From positions 4,133,555-4,197,554 of the forward strand of contig CAJINV010000004.1 in assembly GCA_905178155.1 (NCBI GenBank): DNA of 64,000 nucleotides, written 5' to 3'. The position numbers and the translations under genes are program-made. The stretch comes from Amoebophrya sp. A120 (lineage: Eukaryota; Protista; Dinoflagellata). Positions 24,901 to 37,338 of the stretch are shown one piece after another (the stretch's first letter is position 1; the number at the start of each line of letters is the position of its first letter). Under the pieces are notes generated by a model that made no database searches, was not told where the DNA came from, and was given only the letters and a program-made list of their open reading frames with translations.

Positions 24901-26574
24901 GAGAGCTCGCGCAGCATCTGTCATGCTAGGTCCTGCCAAACAGATGTCATGGGTCATGGAAAAGCTGCATGACAAATCGCGCATTCTTTCAGACTCAGAC
25001 ACTTTTACACTTGATAACACCTCCTACGACACCAGTGCCGAGCCGCTGAACCTCGCCCAGGCGACGGCCGCCTGGTACGAGACCGAGGTCTGCGCCACTG
25101 TGGACACTATCCCAGAGAAAAAAGCTGGCAGGTCATATTTGTAATGCAAAAATAAATACACAAAAAAACCTTTGCATATCCGAAGCAGCATGCTATGGGG
25201 CCGCCCATGACAATTTTTTCTGTGTGCTTATTTTTGCATTACAAATATGCGCTGCCAGCTTTTTTCTCTGGGATAGGCACGCAGAACTGCGCGGGGGGCG
25301 TGGTGGACCGCGACTGCGCGCGGAGTCTGTGGGTGCCGGACCTGTGGACGGAGTTTGTGGAAAAGTTCGGGAACGAACTCCTAGAGCAGGGCCAGCACGC
25401 CGCATTTCCGCGGGACGACTATCCCTTCAACGGGGAAGCCACGGCGGACTGGGTGCGGCGGACCAACGTGCACCCCGACCGTTTTTTTGTCCCCGGCATC
25501 CCCTCCTGCCCGGTGGGCAAGTGGACGCAGCGGGAGGACATCAAAGGTTTCGGGGGGCCGCAGACGTCCCGGACCCCGTACGGGCAGGTTGGTCACTTTA
25601 CACAGATGGTGTGGAACTCCACGTCCCACGTGGGGTGCGCGTACGCCGCCGTGCGCCAGAACGTGGTGTGCCACTACGCCGTATTAAGTGCAAATATGTC
25701 TGGGTCTGGAAACTTGTGATGCATGTCAGTGAACAGGAAGCACACTGTAATGCACGGCCAAGCATGACAGATTTTCTCGTGGCTATCTGTTGCGTATCCC
25801 GCATGAGAAACATCGTTTTTTCACGACAGACAAGAGGAGGTCTTCGTGGCCACGCAATACAGAGTTCAGAGTCATGCCAAACTAGCATGAGAAGTATCGC
25901 AATCTTCCAGACCCAGACATATTTGCAATGCATACGCTGCGGCCGGCAACATTGTCGAGGCGGACGCGAAGGGGAACATCGTCTTCAAGCCGGACATATG
26001 AAGTGCAAATATGTCTGGGTCTGGAAGAGTACAAACTTGTCATGCAGAATTTTCATGCCCCATAAGGTCTTAAATGCAGGACCTAGCATGACAGATTCTG
26101 CGGGGTCTCTATCTTGCCTGTCCTGCATAAGAAACTCCCTCTCACGGTGGTCAGAAAAGGGCAACTTTTGGCGATCACGCAAGACAGATTTTTGTGTGAT
26201 CCACAGGACACATCACAAGTTTCATCCTTCCAGACCCATACATAAGTATTTGCAATGCATAGGACAAGGTGTTTCCAATCAAGAAAACCTCGACGGAATG
26301 CGAAAACAGCCTCGGCGTCTACTGGCCGCAGCAGGGCCGCGGAGCGGGAGAGCAACTGCTGGGCGCGGGAAGTGCCCGAGTAAACCCGACGCCGGGCATG
26401 TACACGCCGCCGCCGCAGAACCAGAACGCGCAGCCGGTTCGTCTCGGGGGCGCTGCGGAGGGCGGGAGCAGCTCCAACGGAGATGGCGAGACGCTGCGAG
26501 CCCCCGGACAAGAACTCGTGAAGAGTTCGTCTGAAGGCGCCAGCGACGCCCCGCCGGACGCGTCCTGTTGCTGA
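21980..26574 (+). CDS. CAP (SCP/PR-1/Tpx/Ag5) domain protein, 6 introner introns; 705 aa (start uncertain)
   Basis: Spliced reading gives LHNLYRCMHDVPPLVWSDALARSAENYA..EHS..GENLAW..AAWYE..GHFTQMVWNSTSHVGCA..VVCHY..AGN, the CAP1-4 motifs in order. Confidence 0.88.
23070..24417. mobile_element. Introner family A carrying a nested insertion
   Basis: TIR TATCAAATGTAAAAATGTCTGGGTCTGGAAG on both ends; DR CGCAC/CGCAC. Confidence 0.9.
23223..24299 (+). mobile_element. Nested ~1.08 kb non-coding insertion, retroposon-like
   Basis: Interrupts a family A body; GGCAT on both sides; ends in a (TAC)n tail; internal 29-bp duplication. Confidence 0.6.
24471..24621. mobile_element. Introner family B
   Basis: TATGAATTGCAAAAGTATCG / CGATACTTTTGCACAGGATA; DR GACGC. 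Confidence 0.9.
24755..25016. mobile_element. Introner family A
   Basis: Family A TIRs; DR ACACC. Confidence 0.92.
25108..25275. mobile_element. Introner family C
   Basis: TATCCCAGAGAAAAAAGCTGGCAG TIR; DR GACAC/GGCAC. Confidence 0.9.
25682..25934. mobile_element. Introner family A
   Basis: Family A TIRs; DR CGCCG/CGCTG. Confidence 0.88.
25997..26261. mobile_element. Introner family A (opposite orientation to 24755)
   Basis: Family A TIRs; DR GGACA. Confidence 0.9.
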
Positions 26575-27444
26575 GCTGCTGCTGCTGCTGCCAACTGCAG
26601 GAGCAGCAGGAGCTGCGGTAGCTCGTGCGCAGTTTGTACTTGTAAAGCAAAAATGTATTCAAATCAATTTCAACGTGAGTAGAAATAGAAAACGACTACT
26701 GTCGTTCGTTGCCTCGAGTTGTTATTCCTTCAATCCAGTATACCCAATTTCTATTGTTCCCCGGATTTATTTGTTTTAGTCGATTTACAACCCGTCGTGG
26801 TAACTATGCTAAAACGTCTTCCTCATAATGCCCGTTTCAAAAAGAAGAATTGCCCATCTTCACCCACAAGCGAACTAACCTCGCAAGTTTTTCCCCTTCA
26901 CGATAACGCCACTTCTTCTATGGATGCGCAGTAAGCATATTAAATCCGCGAAAACTCGAATTTTGTTGGGGCGGCGAAGTCGAAGATGTGCTTTTTCGAC
27001 CTCTAAGTATGCCAAAGTGATTTTGTCGAAATCCCACTGACAAATGGTTTTTATATTCATGTGGAAGACGAAACACGAAACACGAAAGCCTGGAGAAGAA
27101 GACGAGGGTCGAAGACACAGTCTCGACATTTTACTACACAGCAACGACGTAGCGACGTTGTATAAATAAGTAAAAGATAGACAGAAATAGTACGTGAGCA
27201 GATAAATCAGGAAAAAGAAAACTCGAGTTGTTGTTGGGATGAACCCAAATAAGCAGAATTAAAGGCGAAGCACCTACCTTTTTTTCGTCTGCAACAAGTG
27301 CAAGGACTTCGACTACTATCGTGATTTGGCTTCTGGTTGGATTCCTTGGGAACACAGAAAATAGAAAAAAGCACGAGCATGAGAGGGGTTTTTGGTGTGT
27401 GTGTGTGTGTTGTGTAAAGTGTGGGAGTGGCTAGCTTGCTTGCC

Positions 27445-27785
27445 TGAATTGCGAAAAGCGAAAAACGACGGAGAAGCTAGGAGACCGGTACTAAATAAGG
27501 CCCATTAACTTCGTCAAGGAAAGTTGGGAGCCTCGTCAGAACTGCGAAACGCGAAACGCGAAAAACGACAGAGAAGCAACGACACCGGTACGAAATCAGG
27601 CTCATGAGCTTCCTCAAGGAAAGTTGGAAGCGTCGCCAGAACTGCGAAACACGAAGCGCGAAAAGCGACAGAGAAGCAGCGACATAGGTACGGCGTCGGA
27701 TTTATTAAATTCGTTAAGGAAAGCGGGGAACACTGGCAGAACTGCGAAACACGAAACGCGAAAACCGGCCGAGACGCGGCGACAT
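27445..27785. repeat. ~100-bp degenerate tandem repeat x3-4
   Basis: GCGAAA..GCGAAAA.CGAC.GAGAAGC...AAGGAAAG units. Confidence 0.75.
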
Positions 27786-28034
27786 GGGCACGGGATCGCC
27801 TCCCGGCCTTTTTTTGTGTTTGGATTTTGGCGCCGTGGATTCATTTTCTCTGGGATTCTAGCCGCTGCCGCCCATTCTCGATGGAGCGCTTTGAATTAAA
27901 TAGGAAAGAAGTAACCGCAACAGCGGGACGGAGTAGTCTCCAATAGTAATCAACAAGAGCGAGAGTAGTGCGAGCTGAATAGTGGTCAAGATTTAGTAGG
28001 CAATCGCAGTCAATAACAGCGAGAGCGCTGCGCT

Positions 28035-30794
28035 TCAATAAAACAAACACAACGACGGCCCTGGATGGTCCCAAGCCCGCAACGGAGCACCTTGCTCCTC
28101 CTCCTCATCGGTATCCGAGTCGTCGTCAAAGATGGCCGCATCATCATCGTCCGAGGACACCTCGTCCCCCGGGCCGTAGCCCTCGGCCGGGACCCGGACC
28201 GCGCAGGTAGTGCCGGTTCTGGGCCGCAAGAGCTGGGCGATTAACTCCCTGACGACCTCTATGGGCGTGCCAGGACTGAAATTCTCAAAGTTGCAAAAAG
28301 TCCGATGGTGCCGCAGTTTGTTACGCAATATCGACGCCCGGCGCGCAGGCGCGTGGCATATTTCAGAAAATTACGGAGGTGGTCCAAAACTGCGCCCGCG
28401 GACGCGCGCGCGCCACAAAGATCTGCCAGCTTTGTACTGCGCTCGCTATGCAAAACGCCCCACGCCTCGCCTTTTCCAGCTTTGAGGCTTCCAAACCTGC
28501 CACGCCCATAATGTCACCCACCTCGTTGGAGTTTTTCCAAAAGTACGCGCCCATGTACACGCACTCGGGCTGCTCCAGGAGCAAGGAGCGTCGCAACCGG
28601 GAGAAGCGCATCCGCAGAGGGTGTGGATTGGGGTCGTTCACGTAAAAAATTGCTTTCGTCGAGAAACACGGCGGCCACACTGGGCAGCGCGATCGACATC
28701 ACAAAGACACAGAAAGAGCGAGAAGAAAAGCGAAGGCCATGCGCCTCGCGAGTTGGTGCCTTAATGTGGCGGCGAATGTGCTTCCACGCACCCTCCACCC
28801 AGTTGCTACCGAAGTGCGGGATCTCATCGGCGCCCCGCAACTTTTTCCACCACTCCTCTGCTGGTGGTTTGCTTGCAGATGCTGTGAGGTGTTGGAGTGT
28901 TGCGCAGGTAGACAGCTTAGCACTAGCAAGGGGATCCAATGAGGAAACTCGGCGCCGCAAAAAAAAAAACGAAAAAAAGGCAGCGCGAATATCTACGATG
29001 TATGGCGCCGCTATCTCGTAGCACTTTGCTGCATCTGTCGCCAGGAAGATGCGTCCGTCCTTATGGTGGAGCCCCTCCAGCTTTGGCTCGATTTTCTTTT
29101 TCCAAATCCAGCGCCAGAGCTTCTGCTGAACCTGTTGGGAAGGGGAATACAAGAGCGATTTAGCCAGGAAACAAAAGGGAAACCAACGCACGAGCAGCCG
29201 CCAGACGCAACTGGCGCACCAATTTCCGACGTGCGTCTGCCATGGAAGCAAGACAACCAAAGAGCATACCGGCCGGAATCGCCGGCGTTGCCGCGTCGCC
29301 TGGTGGCCGAGGTCGAAAAAGAGCAGCGAATCCGGGCGGCCCCTTTGCATGAGGCCGAGGATGATGCGGGGCGTGTACTCCTTCTCCTTCTCCGGCGCGG
29401 TGTTTTTGGCGGAGCTCGCTGCGGTCTTGCCCCTGCTCTTTCCACCCGGCAAAGCGGCGACGAGGTTCGTCACGGACCCGAATGCCGCCCCATCCGCTTC
29501 CAGGCACACGCGACCGGGGAACCGCACGCCCTCCATGCCCTCCAGGTACATTTCCGCGGCCGACTGGACGGGCTTGGCCCAGTACTCGACCAGGGTGGCT
29601 ACGCTCACATCTGGAAAATTTTGGCGCGGCTTTCTTGGTCGAAAGTGCTAGAACTAAAACAGAAAAAGGACCGAAGAAGCAGCCTCGCCCCGTCTATTGC
29701 GAATAGATACACGCACAGGATACAAAAAAAGCACAGACACAGGCCAAAGCAAAAGCATCTACTAAGGTCCTTGCTAGCCCGTCCCACTGCGTCCCCGTAG
29801 GCGAAGCTTCGGACGACGCGGATCATGTCCACCACCGCGATGGTGCTCCGCTGCGCGGCCCCAACCGAGCCAGGCGGGGAGAACAGGTTGAACGCCTCGG
29901 CGGTGCCGCAGGTACTGCAGGACAACAAGGCACCCCCGCCATTGCCGTCCGCAATCTTCCGCATCTTTCCACAGGCCGCGCACTTCAGCACGGTGTCCGA
30001 CTTGTGCTGCGCCTTGCTGAAGAACATTTTCACCAGATCGCTCGTCTGCCTGCGTGTGATCTCATCCAGCTTCGAGGACTTGTCAGCACGGATCCCGGGC
30101 TGCCGCAGTTTCAGCTGCGCGGCGGTCAGATGCACATACCCGGACTTACCTGATGCGGGGGCTGTTTTGCGGCTTTGGCGCTTTTCTCCAACGGATTTCG
30201 TTCCTGAAAAAGTAAACAGGCGGCAACTAGGAAAAAAAAGACACACGCAGCAGGCTAATGAAATGCTGTAGGTGTGTTGCTTGTGTCCCTCGGGTGGCGC
30301 GGCGTAGCAAAAGACGTCCTCCTCTTTCTTGTAATCTTTGGAGCCGAAGAACTTCTGCATGTCTCCCTTATAGGGCGCCGGGCAATCCCCGTGGCAATTC
30401 CACGAGTTGAAGAGGTGTTCGTGGGTCTGCTTGTTGTGCGCGACATACTTTTCCTCGTCGGTGACGATGCCGCACAGACTGCAGGCGTGGGCCTCCTTGG
30501 TCCTCTTGCGTGTGGTTTCCCGAAACCAGAGCTGTTTGAGAGGTTTGGCCTCGTTCTATAAGAGATGGAAAAAGATCGCAAAACCAACGAAGCAAAGGAG
30601 TAAACGCCCAGCGGCAGCAAGACGGGCCACTTGCAACGACTTACCTTGCCCTTGATGGCCTCGCGCGTGATTTGCTTGTAGGGGAAGTCCTTCCGCTGCT
30701 TCTTCCCGGTCGGGCTGAAGTTCAGGGCCGGCAGCCGGTCCCCAGCAGCCGCCTTCCGGTTGGCGTTTTGCTGGGCAACATTCGCGCGCTTCAT
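28035..30794 (-). CDS. Merlin/ISXO2 (IS1595-family) DDE transposase, multi-exon, with Zn-binding N-terminal motifs
   Basis: CLEADGAAFG (D), FLATDAAKCY (D) and HFGSNWVEGAWKHIRR (E) match the ISXO2 pattern VExDE / SDxxxxY / HTNxIEGxWxxLKR. CSLC..H....H and CAACG..CSTCG motifs upstream. Short GT-AG/GC-AG introns, e.g. 30644-30556. Not all exon borders resolved. Confidence 0.72.
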
Positions 30795-31690
30795 TGTTGT
30801 TAGTTCAGCGAAGGTGGGAGAGTGCGCGCGCAGAAATCTAGGCAATGTGTATAAATTGCACAGAGAAGACAGGAAAGAGAGTCGCGAAAATTATCTCTAA
30901 CGAAACAAACTACGGAGGTAGGAGCGGGCCTAGCAGTCGCGAAGATTCTTTCTCAGCAAGTAGCGTCTTAATCTTGAAGCTCGTCCCTGTGTTATGGGTT
31001 TGAGTGAATTCCTCAGCAAAGCCAACTTCTTTGATCATGCTCATGGCCCTACTTTCCTTGCTTCATTTTCTAAGCACGGCGAAACTCAGCGAGGGAGGCG
31101 CTAAATATATTGGGGATCGCTTTTTTTTTTGCTGTTTTCTGATCTCCTGACTTTCATCGCGCTGGCTTTTTATTTACGGCGCGCGGGCTATTGCAGTTCC
31201 TTGCCTCAGCGCAGATCTCGCCGCGATTTCCGCCAGGCTGATGCCTATACATAGTCGGAGACAGAGCACCTCTCTCCTCGCCGGCTTTTTTCGCGGGCAC
31301 CTGGAACGCGGGCTAGCGCAGTGCTTTCTTCCGAGACATGTGCCACCCATCCCTTGACATCTTCCTTCTCGCAATGGTATCGCTTCTCTTATGATTTCCG
31401 ACTTTGGTTCTTGAATAGATGCTGACGACCCTAGTCAGTCTGCGTGCTCTTGGTCAGGTTGATGCTGACGATCATAGCCGCTAGCTCGATAAAAACTCTC
31501 TGCGTTTTCATAGAAAGGACAGCCCACGCGCGAGACTATTCCGCGCGTGGCTGCGTAAGTTTGAAAAAATGAGGTAAACAGCTTCCGAGTGTGAGTTAAG
31601 AAAGGTTGGTCTGTAATGTAAACACGACGTAAACAGTTTCCGAGTCTGAGTTCACCAATATGCGCAGGGAACTCCTGCTTCGTACCTAGA

Positions 31691-32509
31691 TCAATACGCT
31701 GCAACTCTATAAACTTCTCCTTCAGGCAATTCTTCCGGGTCTTGCTGCGCCGCGCCCGGGCGGACCTGCTGGAAGACGATGGGCGCGCCATTTCCACGGA
31801 GAAAACCACGAAGGGCCTCGAGGCCTGCGCCGTCCACCTCCGCCGAACCCTCCGAGAAGAAAACAGTTGCTACGTTTTCGTCGCCAATGAAGTCCACGAT
31901 CCACCAGCGGCGCGCGGTTTCTCCCTCCCAGACGGCGGCGGGGGCCGGAACTTCGCCCGGGCCGGAAACACTGACCGCCATCTCCTGGAGGACGAAGTGC
32001 CGCACTACTCCCTCTTCCGGAAGCTGCAACCCAGAGGCCACGCGCTTCAGCTGCAAGCCAAACGAGCCCGCAAGCTCGTTGGCGGTCGCGCCCGGTCCTC
32101 CAGAGGGCAACTGCATGTGGTCCAGGCCGACCTGGTGCAACAAACAGCCAAGCGGGTGCGCCGGAGCTGGGCCGCTTGCGTTATTTCCACCGGGCTCCTT
32201 CAGCTGCACCGCGCCGAGAGCGGGGAGGCGGTGCAACGGCGAAACCATCCAGCCGGCAGGTGCCAGGGGCTTGAGCTTCAGGCCGACTTCGTGCCCCATT
32301 TCGATGGCAATCTGCTCCACGCAATTGGAAAGAAAATCCGCCGGGAGGAGGTCGAGATTGCAGAGGGCGCCGTCGTAAATTGGAAAAGTCTCGACCCCTT
32401 CGCGGCCAAGGTCGCGGATTTTGTTTTCGATCGAGGAACAGATCGCATTCTCTTCGTCGTTCATCAAATACGACAGCAACGACGGAAGCGGATCGCGACA
32501 GAACTTGTC
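31691..32509 (-). pseudogene. Orphan exon/ORF with family-A polymerase palm-like motif
   Basis: PSLLSYLMNDEENAI...TFPIYDGAL resembles the SLLS..Q..E...(H/Y/F)DG segment of PolA/TV-Pol-like proteins; preceded by a CAG acceptor; no upstream exon found. Confidence 0.35.
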
Positions 32510-32524
32510 CTGCGGGCCTCTCTT

Positions 32525-32805
32525 CGGGTTCGCTTTTCGCTCTTCGGGATCGCTTTCATTCTCTTCCTACTCTACTTTTCAGATCTGCCCGGCTTCGCTT
32601 TTCGCTTTTCGCTTCTCGGGATCGTTTTCAAATTTTTTCTACTTAATATATTTCAGATCTCTCTGTCCGGCTTCGCTTTTCGCTTTTCGCTTCTCGGGAT
32701 CGTTTTCAAATTTTTTCTACTTAATATATTTCAGATCTCTCTGTCCGGCTTCGCTTTTCGCTTTTCGCTTTTCGGGATCGTTTTCAAGTTTTTTCTACTT
32801 AATAT
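32525..32805. repeat. 79-bp tandem repeat x3
   Basis: CCGGCTTCGCTTTTCGCTTTTCGCTTCTCGGGATCGTTTTCAAATTTTTTCTACTTAATATATTTCAGATCTCTCTGT units. Confidence 0.9.
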
Positions 32806-34318
32806 CAAAGCTGTGCGCTTTCTTTTAGGAAATGAGGTAGATCACGGTGCTACTCTGCTTATTTGGGTCGATCCCTTGTTGTTGCGTGCGCTTTCTGTTT
32901 CTTATGAACGTTGATTTCAAAATAAACAACAAGTAATCTTCGGTTGACTCGTAACTTTAATCGGTTGCCGTTATCATCGGTTTGATCTTAAACTCGAAAT
33001 CGGATCAGTGTTCTTATGAAAAACCACTCTGTATGACACATCTAATCGGATTCCTTTTTGTTGATTGTGTCGCTCTTTCGTTGCATGTGAGTTTAATTAT
33101 TAACAAAACAAAACAAACAAAGTGAGCATCTCCACCTCCGGGGCAGTATATAAAATACAAATTTTTATATTTTTGTTTTTTTCATGCATGCATCTGTTTG
33201 TTTGTTTGTTTGTTGTGGATGGTCACACGGAACCGGTTGAAAGTTCTTCTTTCTTCTCGTGTGTCTAGCGCTACTTCAATAAAAACAACAGCTTTGCAGA
33301 GCAACTTTGGCTGCTGCTTTAGAAAAAGGAACTGGCGACGATAAAAAGTAGAACCTCTTTCGCAAGTAAAAAATAAGTAAAGTTAAAGTAAAAGCGACCG
33401 CGAAATACTGAAATAAGGTCTTCTTGTTGTCGAAAAGTTACAGAGTTTGTTCCTACAGAAAAGCGAAGAGCTACTTGACCTGCCTGGGTGTGAAAAAGAA
33501 TTACGAACCAGCTTGCTCAAAAGAAGATCGTCTTTGCTGCTGCGAAAATTTGTTTTTGTGGAGGAAGAGTTTGCAAAAGTTCTGGAGTTGTTACAAAAAA
33601 GATGACCAACTACCTTGAAGGAACTGTTGTTTTTTTTTTTTTGAGTTTTACTGTTAGTTTTTTGTGTTGCTTTCCACTTCTTGCTTTTCCTACGCTGCAG
33701 TGCCTCTTGGGCCTGTCTTACGCTTACTAGCTTTTTGCTCTTGAAAATAGAAAGAGACTTTTACTGCTTGCTGAAAGCGAAAAGTTGACTTTTATTTTTT
33801 GCTGATGAGCTTCGAGTTCGACGTAGCACTGTACTGCTTTGCGACACATGCGCGCCTCAGGGATAGCATCACTCTCGCCGCGCAGTGGCCAGTCCATCGG
33901 TATGTTGGGCGGCTGCCCGCCTCGTCAGACCACCGGTGTGCCAAAGGGTTAATCCGCTTGAATATCACTACTGCCCGCGGCCCGATCAGAGTTGCCGGCC
34001 CTGAACGACTATGCGGCCGGGTGTAGATCCCTGTCTTTTCTCGGAGGATACTTCTTTGGGTGGTGGCGTCGCGCAGGTGGGTTGGGTATGTGGCTGCGTG
34101 CTTGCTCGCCGCGCCCGGGGGTATTTTTTCCGTCCTCCCCTTTTGGTGTCATCGCCTGACATCGCCACGTCCTTCGCCCTAGTCAGGTTGCCGGCCCGAC
34201 TAGACTATGTCGGCAAGGCGTAGGTCACTCGTCGTAGGCTTTGTAGTTGGAGGGCTGGTTTGTTGCGCCCCCTGTGGCGCGCGGGCCTTCTGTGGCGTGG
34301 TGTTTTCGTGCCTGGCTG

Positions 34319-35646
34319 CTATGCAGCGTAGTAGCTGTCTGGGTCGCTCGCCCGCCATAGGTGGCGGACCGCGGGGAAAGATCCGATCAACGGCGCCAGT
34401 AGTGTGTTGGCCTCCAGCAGCGCGCTGGCCGTTTGGTTGGGCTTTAGCTTACAGTCGTCCGTCGTTTCGACCCCCCACCACCTCAGAAACACGCTCAGCA
34501 CCGGGCACGCCTCTACCACGTGCTTGGTTGCCGCTTTTCCGTCGTTACAGAGGACACAACTGAAGTCCTCGCAGTTGGGGTGTGCCGCGAGCAATCCAAA
34601 GCGGAGCGCGTAGTACAGCGCCTGGCCTAGCTTTCCTCCTGGCGTGTCCTTTAGGAGGTCGCGCCCTAGCCCTCCCGTGGCTTTTAGCGTTGCGACCGTT
34701 TTGCTCGGCTCGGCGCTCTGTAGCTCCTGCCGCAGGCTGTCCAGCGTTTCGCTGCGCACCTTGCGCCTAGCCTCGGTCTTGAACTGCTTGTGGGTGATGG
34801 GGTCACCTGGTTCCTGTAGGTGCTCCTCGTTTGCGCTCCCCGCAAGGTAGTCCGCTAGTGTGTTGCCTAGGATTCCGGCGTGTCCGGGACCATACCGAAG
34901 CGCTACCTTGCCCGTGGGCCCTACTGTGTCCAGTGCCTCGCGCGCTGCCGTGTTCAGCTGCGTGTCTACGTCGTCGCGTAAGCGGGGGTTTAACAGGCTG
35001 CGGATGTTGGACTGTGAATCCGTGCAAACCGTGGCCGTCTCGCCTCGAAGTGCCGCGCGTGCGCCCTGACCGTCTTTAGCGCGACTACCAGCGCTGCTCG
35101 CTCCGTTTCAAAGGAGTCGGTGTGTAGTCCTACCGGCCAGCCGGCTCCCTTCCGGATTCCGAATCCGTGTACGAACACGCCACAGCCCCCGCGGAAATCT
35201 TTCACCGATCCGTCTGCGTAGACTACGATGTCTGATTTTCGGAGCGCGGCTCCTAGCTCTTGCAGTCCCTCGTCTACCCAGACTGCCTCGAACCGGCCGG
35301 CCTCCGCTGCCTCGTGCAGGCTGGACGCCCCTAGCCCTTGGCTCGCTCCTACTTCTGGCAACGCTGTGGCCTCGTTTGCGTTGGGCTCCTCTATGAGCTC
35401 CAGCCCTTCCGTTACGCAGCGCGCTTCGCTGGTGTTCGCCGTTCGCCGGAGGGCGTCCCCCTCTGGTCTCGAAAACGCCCGCGCTACTAGCGACGCGCAC
35501 TCTACCCGTGCCAGGCCGTTGACTGGTAGTAACCCTGCGACCATCAGCGCGCAGGACCGTTTCACCTGTCGGGATTTTTGCATCCCGAGGACCTCCTTGG
35601 CCCCTTCGTATTGGGTCCTGGTTAACTCGGTGACGCCTTCCTGCAT
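34319..35646 (-). mobile_element. 5'-truncated non-LTR retrotransposon remnant (RNase H + CCHC), frameshifted
   Basis: VYADGS..GCGVF..SFETERAAL, a frameshift near 35055, then VCTDSQS..GPGHAGILGNTLADYLA and CVLC......HVVEAC. No RT core present. Confidence 0.85.
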
Positions 35647-37338
35647 ACATCTATAAAATGGATGAAAGATCGTATGCTAATGAATGATGACGAATGCAAA
35701 TTTCTATGCAAAATCATGGGTGATCTGCTGTCATGGCACTAAGGTATACATCTGTTTTTCTTTTTTCTTCTGATGCAAAATGAAAATACAAAACAAACAG
35801 CTCCCGACGACTCGCGTCTTTATATGTTGCTTGTTAAGTGTCTGTTCGTCCAAGAGATCGAAATTTTAAGATCATAAGAGACTTCGGTACTTTTCGGTAG
35901 ATTTCGATCTTCGTGACATCGTCGATTTTGTATACTCTCGTTCATTATCGACGCTACAGGCTATTCGTCATTTCCTCAGCTCTTATCATTTAGTTCGGGT
36001 CGTATCTTCGTAGCATCTTTCCGTACATCCATCGTGCTTTCGCGCTATATCGTACACTTTCGATTCATCATGCAATACGTATTCTCCTCGTCTTTCGTCA
36101 TCGTCGCTCGTATCGATCGAATTATCGTATTTAATATTCTACTGTATCGTCTATCGTAATCCCTCTCCCCTACATATATTTTCCTATTCGCTTTTCGCTC
36201 AACTTCGGTTTCCATCCGATCCTGCCGATCTTCGTCTCCGGTTTGTTCTGTGTGGTGTTGTTTTGCTTCCTCCGCGACCTCATTATCTCTACAACACGTT
36301 AAAACTATGAGCACTTGGACGGTGGAGCCGGCGCCCCTACCCGCCTTGTGCACTGGGATCAATCATAGTTTTAAGCGAGCACCATTGCACATCCACCACC
36401 TAGGGCTGCCTTCCCACGCAGCGTGGGCGATATGCTTTGGACGGTAGGGGCAGAAGTGTTGCCCTTTCCCTCTCTCTCCCTTTCGTCGTTTCTTGTTTAG
36501 CTTTTGTGTATGTCATATCGGTGTAAGACTAAGACATAAACACATTTTATATTCATGTGTTTTATTCCTGGAGTTGGAGCGCAACGTGTTGTAACTGTAA
36601 CTGCGGAATTAGAGAGGAAGAAATTATGCCTTTCGGTTCTGTCCTTCTCGTCGTGCTGGCCGCAATCCCTGGCTGCGGCCTATCGTACTGTGAACAAAAC
36701 TACTTTTTTCGTGGCAACTAGTGGAGTGTCGGTATTAAAAAGTTAACGCTTCTGCATGATCTATCATGCCGATGGTAATTCGTTCAAATTCAGATGTCGG
36801 TCTTTGACTTTGTCCTCATATGCCAGCACTGCTGGCATATTGCAGCCGCACGAGTACATAGAGCCATCCATCGGTCGCGTGTTCAGACGACGCCACTCCT
36901 ACTCTGCTGGTCAAGAAACATCGGTCGTGAGCCCTTTGGTGACAGAACCAGAAGGCACCTAAAAATATCGGTGTCGTCCTCTTGCTTGGATTGCAAAGTC
37001 GCTATATTATTTCGTGTCGAATCATTTCTCACAACTCAACTGTGCTTCAAGTTGAGCAGCAAGACTGTTCGTGGTCTCTGTATTCTATCATCAAGAACAA
37101 GATGCAATAATTTTTAAAAACTACGCTTTCTTCAGGTTGCATGATCTTTGGATCTTGTATTCACCACGGTAGAAGACCGCACACCTCCTTTCATTTTACT
37201 AATTTGAACTTCCTGAGTACAACGCGTCCTGATCGGCTTATTTCGTTATTTTCTGAGTTGAGTATATTGTCTTTTCATCGCCCCAGACTTCCCTACTTTC
37301 CTGTTAGTTTACTCAACACTTGACTTTCGAACAGGATC

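Noticed and set aside
26572-26620. TGA read-through/selenocysteine at the end of CAP gene 1
   Set aside because: Downstream is a short GCT-repeat stretch and no SECIS could be identified.
31742-32914. 390-aa plus ORF with hydrophobic repeats
   Set aside because: Antisense shadow of the minus ORF running into the 79-bp tandem repeat.
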